Of a stretch of 64,000 nt of DNA, positions 56,111 through 64,000 are shown one piece after another. The stretch is from assembly GCF_001824475.1 (NCBI RefSeq), contig NZ_MHXN01000011.1, forward strand, positions 7,918-71,917, in the 5' to 3' direction. The notes beneath the pieces are model-generated. The model searched no databases. It was not told the origin of the DNA and saw only the letters and a program-made list of their open reading frames with translations. The position numbers and the translations under genes are program-made. Every line of letters starts with the position of its first letter. The first letter of the stretch is position 1. The DNA comes from Phenylobacterium sp. RIFCSPHIGHO2_01_FULL_69_31. Lineage in GTDB: Bacteria; Pseudomonadota; Alphaproteobacteria; Caulobacterales; Caulobacteraceae.

Positions 56111-56131
56111 GCTCTTCCGCCGCTTTACATC

Positions 56132-58369
56132 TTAGAGCCGCCCTTTGCGGAAGCGTTCCGCCGCTTCCGCACGCGCCTCGGCCTTCACGCGTTTCACGGC
56201 GCCCTTGTCGGCCGTCTCGCCCTCCGGGGTCAGCATCTCGTTGGCGAATTCGAGGTCGAGCATCTTCAGGCGCTTGATCTCATCGCGCAGGCGGGCGGCG
56301 GTCTCGAATTCCAGGTTGGCGGCGGCCTCGCGCATGCGGGCTTCCAGGTCCTTGAGCGTGGTCTTGAAGTTGTCGCCCATGAAGGGCTTGCCATCCTCGG
56401 CCACGCCGACCGGCACGGTGACGCGGTCGCTCTCGTAGTGGCTGGCCAGGATGTCCTTGATCTGGCTCTTCACGCTCTCCGGCGTGATGCCGTGCTCGAG
56501 GTTATAGGCCTCCTGCTTCTCCCGGCGGCGCTTCGTCTCGGCCATGGCCCGTTCCATGGAGCCGGTGACGCTGTCGGCGTAGAGGATGACCCGGCCGTCC
56601 ACGTTCCGGGCGGCCCGCCCGATGGTCTGGATCAGGGAGGTCTCCGAACGCAGGAAGCCCTCCTTGTCGGCGTCCAGGATGGCGACCAAGCCGCACTCGG
56701 GGATGTCCAGGCCCTCGCGCAGCAGGTTGATCCCCACCAGGATGTCGAAGGCGCCCAGGCGCAGGTCGCGGATGATCTCGATCCGCTCCAGGGTGTCGAC
56801 GTCCGAGTGCATGTAGCGGACCCTCAGGCCCTGCTCGTGCATGTATTCGGTGAGGTCCTCGGCCATCTTCTTGGTGAGGACGGTCACGAGGGAGCGGTAG
56901 CCGCGGGCGGCGGTCTCCCGCACCTCGGCGATCACGTCGTCCACCTGGCTGAAGCCGTTCTTGGCGACGGGGCGCACCTCCACCGGCGGGTCGATAAGGC
57001 CGGTCGGGCGGATCACCTGCTCGGCGAAGACCCCGCCGGTGCGGTCCATCTCCCAGCCGCCGGGGGTGGCCGAGACGAATACGCTGTCCGGCCGCATGGC
57101 GTCCCACTCCTCGAACTTGAGCGGGCGGTTGTCGATGCAGGAGGGGAGGCGGAAGCCGTACTCCGCCAGGGTGAACTTGCGGCGGTAGTCGCCCCGGTAC
57201 ATGGCGCCGATCTGCGGCACCGTCTGGTGGCTCTCGTCCACGAACAGCAAGGCGTTGTCGGGAATGTACTCGAAGAAGGTCGGCGGCGGTTCGCCCGGCC
57301 GGCGGCCGGTGAGGTAGCGGCTGTAGTTCTCGATGCCGGCGCAGGAGCCGGTGGCCTCGATCATCTCGATGTCGAAGGTGGTGCGCTGTTCCAGCCGCTG
57401 CGCCTCCAGCAGCTTGCCGTTGGCCACCATCCAGTCGAGGCGTTCCTTCAGCTCGACCTTGATCTGGTTGATCGCCTGGCGGAGCGTCGGGCGGGGCGTC
57501 ACATAGTGGCTGTTGGCGTAGATCTTCACGCCGGCCAGGTCGTTGGTCTTGCGCCCCGTGAGCGGGTCGAACTCGGTGATGGCCTCGATCTCGTCGCCGA
57601 AGAGGGAGATGCGCCAGGCGCGGTCCTCGTAGTGGGCGGGGAAGATCTCCAGGGTGTCGCCCCGGCGGCGGAACGTGCCGCGCTCGAACGCCTGGTCGTT
57701 ACGCTTGTACTGTAGCGCCACCAGGTCGGCCATCAGCCGCTTCTCGTCGATCCGGTCGCCCGGAGTCAGAGAGAAGGTCATGGCCGAGTAGGTTTCGACC
57801 GAGCCGATGCCGTAGATGCAGGAGACCGAGGCCACGACGATGACGTCGTCACGCTCCAGGATCGCGCGGGTCGCCGAGTGGCGCATCCGGTCGATCTGCT
57901 CGTTAATCGAGGAGTCCTTCTCGATGTAGGTGTCGGTCCGAGGGACGTAGGCCTCCGGCTGGTAGTAGTCGTAGTAGCTGACGAAGAACTCCACCGCGTT
58001 GTCGGGGAAGAAGCTTTTGAACTCGCTGTAGAGCTGGGCGGCGAGGGTCTTGTTCGGCGCGAGGATCAGGGCGGGACGCTGGGTCTCCTCGATGATCTTG
58101 GCCATGGTGAAGGTCTTGCCCGACCCGGTGACGCCCAGCAGCACCTGGTCGCGCTCGCCGCCCTCGACGCCGGACACCAGCTCGCGGATCGCGGTCGGCT
58201 GGTCGCCGGCCGGCTGGTAAGCGCTGGCCAGCTTGAACTTGCGCCCGCCCTCGCTCTTGTCCGGCCGCACGGGGCGGTGCGGCTTCCAGAGCATGGGCAT
58301 GGTGTTTTCGTCGTAGTCGAACGCGGCCGACATGTCGGCGACGCCGGTTGGCTCAGCGGGGCGAGGCAT
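56132..58369 (-). CDS. uvrB: Excinuclease ABC subunit B
   Basis: [54 protein letters not shown], and a C-terminal UVR domain. Start approximate. Confidence 0.99.
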   Translation of the reverse strand: MPRPAEPTGVADMSAAFDYDENTMPMLWKPHRPVRPDKSEGGRKFKLASAYQPAGDQPTAIRELVSGVEGGERDQVLLGVTGSGKTFTMAKIIEETQRPALILAPNKTLAAQLYSEFKSFFPDNAVEFFVSYYDYYQPEAYVPRTDTYIEKDSSINEQIDRMRHSATRAILERDDVIVVASVSCIYGIGSVETYSAMTFSLTPGDRIDEKRLMADLVALQYKRNDQAFERGTFRRRGDTLEIFPAHYEDRAWRISLFGDEIEAITEFDPLTGRKTNDLAGVKIYANSHYVTPRPTLRQAINQIKVELKERLDWMVANGKLLEAQRLEQRTTFDIEMIEATGSCAGIENYSRYLTGRRPGEPPPTFFEYIPDNALLFVDESHQTVPQIGAMYRGDYRRKFTLAEYGFRLPSCIDNRPLKFEEWDAMRPDSVFVSATPGGWEMDRTGGVFAEQVIRPTGLIDPPVEVRPVAKNGFSQVDDVIAEVRETAARGYRSLVTVLTKKMAEDLTEYMHEQGLRVRYMHSDVDTLERIEIIRDLRLGAFDILVGINLLREGLDIPECGLVAILDADKEGFLRSETSLIQTIGRAARNVDGRVILYADSVTGSMERAMAETKRRREKQEAYNLEHGITPESVKSQIKDILASHYESDRVTVPVGVAEDGKPFMGDNFKTTLKDLEARMREAAANLEFETAARLRDEIKRLKMLDLEFANEMLTPEGETADKGAVKRVKAEARAEAAERFRKGRL

Positions 58370-58463
58370 GGCGTCCAAGGTAGGCGCTCCGGGGCAGGTT
58401 CGCCACATCCTGCGCAGAGGGCTGCTGACAGCAGAGTGTCAGCAGCCGGGCGCGAGGCGCCGA

Positions 58464-59261
58464 TCAGAGGGCGAAGGAGAAGCCGCCATTGACCGGATAG
58501 ACTTGGCCGGTGATCCAGCTCGACGCGTCCGAGGCCAGGAACTGGACCATGTTGGCGATGTCGTCGGGACGGCCGGGCCGCCGGATGATGTATTTTTCCA
58601 GCGTGCGCTTGAGCCGCTCGGGATCGCCGTTGAGGGTGCGCTCCACGGCGGGTGTCGCGGTGAGGGCGATCGCCACCGAGTTGGCGGTGATGCCGTAGCG
58701 GCCGAGCGAACGGGCGACCGAGCGCATGAAGCCCGCCGCGCCCGCCTTGGCTCCGGCATAGATTTCCAGGCCTGCGTCGCCCCACCGGCTGGCGTCGGAA
58801 ATGACGGTGATGATCCGTCCGGGCGCCTGGCGCTCCAGCATGCCGGGGATCACCGCGGCGGTGCAGTTCATCACGCCGTAGAGGTTGACGCCGATGAAGC
58901 TGTTCCAGACCTCCGGCCCCGTCTCCCAGAACGGCTTTCCGAGCTCGGCGGAGGGATTGGCGCCGGCGTTGCCGGCGTTGTTGACCAGGATGCCGACGGC
59001 GCCGAGGTCGGCCGCCGCCTTAGCCACCATCTCCTTCACCGCCGCGTGGTCGGAGACGTCGCATTGCAGCGCCAGGGCCTTGCCGCCGGCGGCGCGGATT
59101 TCCTCGGCCACGGCCTGCGCACGGTCCAGAACGTAGTCGTTGACGACCACGCCGCCGCTGCCCTTCGCGTCGGCCAGTTGGAGGGCCACCTGCCGCCCGA
59201 CGCCCTGGCCGGCGCCGGTCACGAGGGCGACGCGTCCGCCCAGGTCGAGGATATCGCTCAT
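58464..59261 (-). CDS. SDR family oxidoreductase
   Basis: VTGAGQGVG, LVNNAG, YAGAK catalytic motif, VNGG. Confidence 0.93.
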   Translation of the reverse strand: MSDILDLGGRVALVTGAGQGVGRQVALQLADAKGSGGVVVNDYVLDRAQAVAEEIRAAGGKALALQCDVSDHAAVKEMVAKAAADLGAVGILVNNAGNAGANPSAELGKPFWETGPEVWNSFIGVNLYGVMNCTAAVIPGMLERQAPGRIITVISDASRWGDAGLEIYAGAKAGAAGFMRSVARSLGRYGITANSVAIALTATPAVERTLNGDPERLKRTLEKYIIRRPGRPDDIANMVQFLASDASSWITGQVYPVNGGFSFAL

Positions 59262-59416
59262 TCGCTTCACTCCCGGTGTGTAGTCCTTGCCGGGAAGGCT
59301 ATCCGGGCTGACGTGGCGGACGGCGAGGGCGTTTCGAGGCTGACCCGGCGGCGGCTTGCGGGCGCGGCGCGGGCAGTCCAGTACAGTGTAAACGTCGAAG
59401 CCCAAGGAGGACGCCC

Positions 59417-60409
59417 GTGAAGACCCGCATCACCGAACTGTTCGGCATCGAACACCCCATCCTCCAGGGCGGGATGCACATGGTGGGCTATGCCGAGATG
59501 GCGGCGGCGGTGTCGAACGCCGGGGGCCTGGGCATCATCACCGGCCTGACCCAGGGCACGCCGGAGAACCTGGCCAAGGAGATCGCCCGCTGCCGGGAGA
59601 TGACCGACAAGCCGTTCGGCGTGAACCTGACCTTCCTGCCGGCGGTGACCCCGCCCGATTATCCGGGCTTCGTCGAGGCGATCATCAAGAGTGGAGTGAA
59701 GGTCGTCGAGACGGCCGGCAACAATCCGCAGAAGTGGATGCCCAGCCTGAAGGAGGCGGGGATCAAGGTGATCCACAAGTGCACCTCCGTCCGCCACTCG
59801 CTGAAGGCCGAGGCGATCGGCTGCGACGCGGTCAGCGTCGACGGCTTCGAATGCGGCGGGCACCCCGGCGAGGACGACGTCGGCAACTGGGTGCTGCTGC
59901 CCCGGGCGGCCGAGGAGCTGAAGATCCCGTTCGTCGCCTCGGGCGGCTGCGCCACGGGCAGCCAGCTCGTCGCGGCCCTGGCCCTGGGCGCCGACGGGGT
60001 GAACATGGGCACCCGCTTCATCGCCACGACGGACGCCCCGGTGCACCAGAACGTCAAGGACGCCCTGGTCAAGGCCACCGAACTCGACACGCGCCTGATC
60101 ATGCGCCCGCTGCGCAACACCGAGCGGGTGCTGACCAACGCCGGCGTCGAGCGCCTGCTCGAGAAGGAGCGGACCCTCGGCGACAAGATCACCTTCGCCG
60201 ACATCGCGCCGGAAGTGGCGGGCGTCTATCCGGCCATCTTCAAGGAAGGGAAGATGGACGCCGGCGGCTGGAGCTGCGGCATGGTCGCGGGCCTGATCCA
60301 CGACATCCCGACGGTGCAGGCGCTGATCGACCGGATCATGACCGAGGCCGAACAGATCATCGCGCGGCGGCTCGCCGGCCTGGTGGGGAAGACGGCGGTC
60401 CCGGCCTGA
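59417..60409 (+). CDS. Nitronate monooxygenase / FabK-like flavin oxidoreductase
   Basis: PILQGGM, AAVSNAGGLG, PFGVNL, DGFECGGH, ASGG, GADGVNMGTRF. Confidence 0.92.
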   Translation: MKTRITELFGIEHPILQGGMHMVGYAEMAAAVSNAGGLGIITGLTQGTPENLAKEIARCREMTDKPFGVNLTFLPAVTPPDYPGFVEAIIKSGVKVVETAGNNPQKWMPSLKEAGIKVIHKCTSVRHSLKAEAIGCDAVSVDGFECGGHPGEDDVGNWVLLPRAAEELKIPFVASGGCATGSQLVAALALGADGVNMGTRFIATTDAPVHQNVKDALVKATELDTRLIMRPLRNTERVLTNAGVERLLEKERTLGDKITFADIAPEVAGVYPAIFKEGKMDAGGWSCGMVAGLIHDIPTVQALIDRIMTEAEQIIARRLAGLVGKTAVPA

Positions 60410-60470
60410 CGGCGCCACAGGGGACGCCGTCCTGCTGACAGCGTCCCCTCGGCGTGGAACAAGTGCCGCG

Positions 60471-61571
60471 ATGAACACGCCCGTGCAGAGCCTTCCCGCC
60501 TGGATGTACACCGACCAGGCCTTCTTCGAGCGGGAACGGGAGACCATCTTCCGCACCGCCTGGCAGGTCGTGTGCCACCTGAACGACATCCCCGAGGCGG
60601 GCGACTACCAGGCGTTCGACTTCCTGGGCGAGAAGGTGCTGACCGTTCGCGGCGACGACGGGCAGGTGCGCAGCTTCCACAACGCCTGCCGCCACCGGGC
60701 GTCGCGGCTGGCGGACGGGAACCAGGGCAACTGCGGCCACCGGATCGTCTGCCCGTATCACGCCTGGAGCTACGGCCTGGACGGGCGGCTGGCGCACGTG
60801 CCGCGCTGGCAGGGGTTCGACGGGCTGGATCCCGTCGAGTACGGCCTTAAGCCCATCGAACAAGAGATATTCCTCGGCTTCATCTTCGTGCGCTTCCAGA
60901 GCGGCCTGCCCAGCGTGGCCGAGATGATGGCGCCCTATGCCGACGAGCTGGCGCCGCACTGCCCGCCCGACCTCCAGCCCCAGGGCCGAGTGACGCTGCG
61001 TCCGCGGTCGGTGAACTGGAAGAACATCTCGGACAACTATTCCGACAGCCTGCACATCCCGGTCGCGCATCCGGGCCTGACCCGCCTGTTCGGCGCCAGC
61101 TACGGCATCGAGGCCGCGCCCTGGGTCGACAAGATGTGGGGCGACATCACCGAGACGCCGTCGCCCAACTGGGTGGAGCGCAACTACCAGGCCCTGCTGC
61201 CGAAGTTCGACCATCTGCAGGGGCGCGATCAGCGGCGGTGGAACTATTACAAGCTGTGGCCGAATGTGGCGTTCGACGTCTATCCCGACCAGATCGACTT
61301 CATGCAGTTCATCCCGATCTCGCCGACGGAGACCCTGATCCGCGAGATCGCCTATGTCCGCCCCGACGCCCGGCGGGAGGTGAAGGCCGCCCGCTACCTC
61401 AACTGGCGCATCAACCGGCAGGTCAACGCCGAGGACACGGTGCTGATCCAGCGGGTGCAGGATGGCATGGAGAGTTCGGGCTACGTTTCAGGGCCCTTGG
61501 GGCCGTCGGAGGTTTGTCTGAAGAGCTTCGCGGAGAAGCTCACCGCGATGATTCCCGAGGCCGCGGAGTAG
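60471..61571 (+). CDS. Rieske non-heme iron oxygenase alpha subunit (choline/carnitine monooxygenase-like)
   Basis: Rieske CRH...CPYHAW; mononuclear iron site NYSDSLHIPVAH and NAED. Confidence 0.92.
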   Translation: MNTPVQSLPAWMYTDQAFFERERETIFRTAWQVVCHLNDIPEAGDYQAFDFLGEKVLTVRGDDGQVRSFHNACRHRASRLADGNQGNCGHRIVCPYHAWSYGLDGRLAHVPRWQGFDGLDPVEYGLKPIEQEIFLGFIFVRFQSGLPSVAEMMAPYADELAPHCPPDLQPQGRVTLRPRSVNWKNISDNYSDSLHIPVAHPGLTRLFGASYGIEAAPWVDKMWGDITETPSPNWVERNYQALLPKFDHLQGRDQRRWNYYKLWPNVAFDVYPDQIDFMQFIPISPTETLIREIAYVRPDARREVKAARYLNWRINRQVNAEDTVLIQRVQDGMESSGYVSGPLGPSEVCLKSFAEKLTAMIPEAAE

Positions 61572-61609
61572 GCGCCGCGGCCGCCCTGCAGCGGGTGCGG
61601 CACCCTTCA

Positions 61610-61658
61610 ATACTGTTTGGCACATAGTATGCGATAGACACTGTGTACCGCACAGTGT
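61610..61658. promoter_or_regulatory. Two tandem 21-bp dyads, probable PadR operators
   Basis: ATACTGTT-N5-CATAGTAT (61610..61630) and perfect ACACTGTG-N5-CACAGTGT (61638..61658), which abuts the padR ATG. Confidence 0.72.
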
Positions 61659-62018
61659 ATGACGCACAGCGCGATGCCGAACGACGCCGACATCTTCGAG
61701 ACGCTGCGGCTGGAACTTCGGCGCGGGTCGCTGATCCTGGCCGTACTGGGACAGCTCCGCGGCGAGCACTACGGCTACACCCTGCGCAAGGCCCTGGCCG
61801 ACGCAGGTGTGGAGATCGACGAAGGGGCGCTCTACCCGATGCTCCGCCGGCTGGAGGACCAGGGCCTCCTGACCAGCGAATGGCGCGTGGAGGAGCGGCG
61901 GAACAAGCGCTTCTACCGGCTCTCGGAGGAGGGCCGGGTCGTGCTCGGGCGGCTGGTGGAGGAGTGGACCAGGCTGAACGCCTCGGTCGACGCGATCCTG
62001 AGGGGAGCGCCGAAATGA
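61659..62018 (+). CDS. PadR family transcriptional regulator
   Basis: ELRRGSL.LAVL, HYGY.L, EGALYP.LRRLE..GLL.S.W, RKR.Y.L..EG. Confidence 0.95.
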   Translation: MTHSAMPNDADIFETLRLELRRGSLILAVLGQLRGEHYGYTLRKALADAGVEIDEGALYPMLRRLEDQGLLTSEWRVEERRNKRFYRLSEEGRVVLGRLVEEWTRLNASVDAILRGAPK

Positions 62019-62956
62019 CCCATGACCTGATCGACCGCTACCTCGCGGCCATCGCCCGGGACCTGCCGGAACGCGAACGCACCGACATCGTGGCGGAACT
62101 GCGCGACGAGTTGATGTCGGGCGTCGAGGCGCGCGAGGAGGGCCTGGGGCGGCCGATGACGGAGGCCGAAACCGGGGCCATGCTTGTGGAGTTCGGCAAC
62201 CCGCTCGTGGTCGCAGGCCGCTATCGCAAGACCCAGCACCTGATCGGGCCGCAGGTCTTTCCGTTCTGGTGGGCGGCGATGAAGGCGACCCTGGTGGTGA
62301 TCGCCGCGGTGTACGTGATCCTGATCGTCGTGAAGCTCATCGGCGGCGGCGCCCTCAGCGCCAACGGGCTGGGCTCGCCCATCTCGACGATGGTGTTCGC
62401 GTTCGGGGTCGTGACCCTGGTGTTCGCGTTGATCGAGCGGTTCGGAGATCCGCAGAAGATGGCCCGGTGGCGGCCCGAGCGCCTGCCGCCCGCGGAGGGG
62501 AAGCGCGCCTCGCGGTTCGAGCTCCTCACCGAACTCGGAATGGGGATCGTCTTCCTGCTCTGGTGGACGGGCGCGATCCACTTCCGGGACGTCTTCGGCG
62601 ATATCGGCCTGCAGGTCGAAATGGCGCCGGTCTGGCAGCGGTTCTTCTGGTGGATCGTGGCCTATCTAGTGGTGGAGCTCGCCTCCAACGTCGTGGCCTT
62701 GCTGCGGCCGGACCGCGTCCAGCTCGTCCGGTGGATGGTGATCTGGCGCAGCATGATGGGTGCGGCGATCCTGCTGGGTGTGATCCAGGCCGAGCGGTTC
62801 CTGATCGTGAGCGGTCCGGCCGGCAAGGCGCAGGCGATCTTCGAGCTGTGGATGCGGGTCGGTCTTGGCATCGCCATCGCTGTGTTCGTGGCGCGGGCCG
62901 CGATCGAGGCATGGCGCCTGCGCCAGGACGGCCTGACCAGCCGCGCGTCAGCGTAA
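62015..62956 (+). CDS. Membrane protein with N-terminal HAAS-like domain, PadR partner
   Basis: ATGA overlap with padR. IDRYL.AI...LP...R.DI..ELRDEL...EFGNP..VA..Y followed by several transmembrane helices. Confidence 0.85.
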   Translation: MTHDLIDRYLAAIARDLPERERTDIVAELRDELMSGVEAREEGLGRPMTEAETGAMLVEFGNPLVVAGRYRKTQHLIGPQVFPFWWAAMKATLVVIAAVYVILIVVKLIGGGALSANGLGSPISTMVFAFGVVTLVFALIERFGDPQKMARWRPERLPPAEGKRASRFELLTELGMGIVFLLWWTGAIHFRDVFGDIGLQVEMAPVWQRFFWWIVAYLVVELASNVVALLRPDRVQLVRWMVIWRSMMGAAILLGVIQAERFLIVSGPAGKAQAIFELWMRVGLGIAIAVFVARAAIEAWRLRQDGLTSRASA

Positions 62957-62960
62957 GGCG

Positions 62961-63038
62961 CTAGAAGCCCCTCACGGCGTTCGCGGCCATCATCAGGACG
63001 CCCACCAGGGCGGCCACTGCAAGTAGAAGATTGCGCAT
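62961..63038 (-). CDS. Putative 25-aa single-pass membrane peptide, not in the ORF track
   Basis: GGGAGGG RBS. MRNLLLAVAALVGVLMMAANAVRGF*. Confidence 0.5.
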   Translation of the reverse strand: MRNLLLAVAALVGVLMMAANAVRGF

Positions 63039-63114
63039 TCGCGCCCTCCCATCGTCCTCGAGATGGGTACGAGCCGGAAGCTGCGCCAGATGCGTCAGGG
63101 CGCCGCGGATAAGT

Positions 63115-63294
63115 CTACTTGTCGACGCCCTTGCTGACGGCGGCGCCGATCGCGCCGCCAGCGGCCGCGCCGACCGGGCCGCCCACCACCGCGCCTGCGA
63201 TCGCCCCCGTCGAGGCGCGCTGTTCGACGTTGTGGCCGCAGGCGGAGAGCGCCAGCGCTGCGGTGGCCGAAAGCAGGATGAGCGGGACGCGCAT
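63115..63294 (-). CDS. Small glycine-zipper lipoprotein (59 aa), not in the ORF track
   Basis: GGAGGG RBS, lipobox LSAC, GAIAGAVVGGPVGAAAGGAIGAA glycine zipper. Upstream GGAAC-N16-TGTT at 63322..63346. Confidence 0.82.
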   Translation of the reverse strand: MRVPLILLSATAALALSACGHNVEQRASTGAIAGAVVGGPVGAAAGGAIGAAVSKGVDK

Positions 63295-63712
63295 GGGAAC
63301 CCTCCGTGTGTGCGCCTACAGAACAGCTGGGGTGCGCTACGGTTCCGCTTAAGGTTCGTGTGCGAAGCAATAAGGTAAACGAGGATCCTTGCAGAAGAAT
63401 TCGCGGTTAGGTGAAGACTAGATCGCCTGGAACCGGAACCGTCGTGAATTGCCGTGTGTTGTCAGCGTTCTGCCCGCGCAGATCACGTTATCCCAGCCTC
63501 GGCGAAGCTGCGACCGTTAATGCTGCGACGCAAAAAAGTGTTGCCAGCAGCGCTTCCAGCATTCATACACCCTTCACCATTTGCCGTCGCCTCGCCCAAC
63601 ACGGATCTCGGGCCAGGCCTGCCGGCGGACGCTACCAGCACGAGCAGGGGCGACCGCGGCGTCAATGAGTTGGGGGGCGCATCTGCCCTCGCCGCTGAGG
63701 ACCGTTCCCGTT

Positions 63713-64000
63713 TTGAAGTTCAGCACCAAGGTGCGCGCCGCATGGCGTGCGCCGATTAGCGCCGCTTTGGCGGGCGCAGGCGTCGGCCTGGGCCTGGGCG
63801 CCGTCTTTCTCGCCGCCGGCATGTCCGGCGAAGCTGTCGAACATACGCACGAGTTGCGTATGGCCGAGGCCGCGGCCAGCGGCTATGCCGGTTCGCGCCC
63901 CGAGGCTGGCGCGCCCGGACTGCGGTTTGGCTTGGAACGTTACGCGTTCAAGGCCGGCGCGGATGCGCAGACCGTGTCGGATCGCTTCGACAGCGACCGC
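63713..64000 (+). CDS. N-terminus of a membrane-anchored protein, possibly a cell wall hydrolase; truncated by the window edge
   Basis: Open frame from TTG after GAGGA: MKFSTKVRAAWRAPISAALAGAGVGLGLGAVFLAAG. No catalytic domain lies within the window. Confidence 0.5.
   Translation, partial: MKFSTKVRAAWRAPISAALAGAGVGLGLGAVFLAAGMSGEAVEHTHELRMAEAAASGYAGSRPEAGAPGLRFGLERYAFKAGADAQTVSDRFDSDR

Noticed and set aside
58370-58460. Search for an alphaproteobacterial LexA box upstream of uvrB
   Set aside because: Only a single GTTC is present, with no second GTTC at N7 spacing.
61643-62014. Apparent N-terminal extension of the HAAS membrane protein (437 aa)
   Set aside because: It is an off-frame reading of padR. 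The true start is the ATGA overlap at 62015.

Overview
Very GC-rich alphaproteobacterial chromosome, most likely Caulobacteraceae (Phenylobacterium/Caulobacter-like). The assignment rests on the sciP-flgE-flgD-fliK/flgK-flgL-mnmA block with sigma54 promoters, PEPxxWA-CTERM proteins, and the secA-PPIase-argJ-mutT and methyltransferase-comF-grxC-nitrilase-DUF1178 gene orders. Most of the window is housekeeping (secA, argJ, rhlE, clpB, arfB, ilvC, rsgA, ispB, fumC, mnmA, uvrB, two thiolases) with small accessory insertions. I saw no rRNA, tRNA, CRISPR array, transposase or prophage. The best leads are four. (1) An unannotated Ile/Leu/Val leader peptide with a full terminator/antiterminator sits in front of a YhhY/AaaT-like amino-acid N-acetyltransferase and ilvC. 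(2) A tandem pair of secreted S9 peptidases shares an exact 47-bp upstream repeat, and the second copy has lost its catalytic Ser and His. (3) A LysR-divergent DUF4242 plus AurF-like diiron oxygenase module is inserted next to secA. (4) There is a stand-alone heme-oxygenase-like diiron enzyme. Several small ORFs missed by the ORF track sit behind EcfG/sigmaT-like promoters. All family assignments come from motif recognition by eye; no database search was run.
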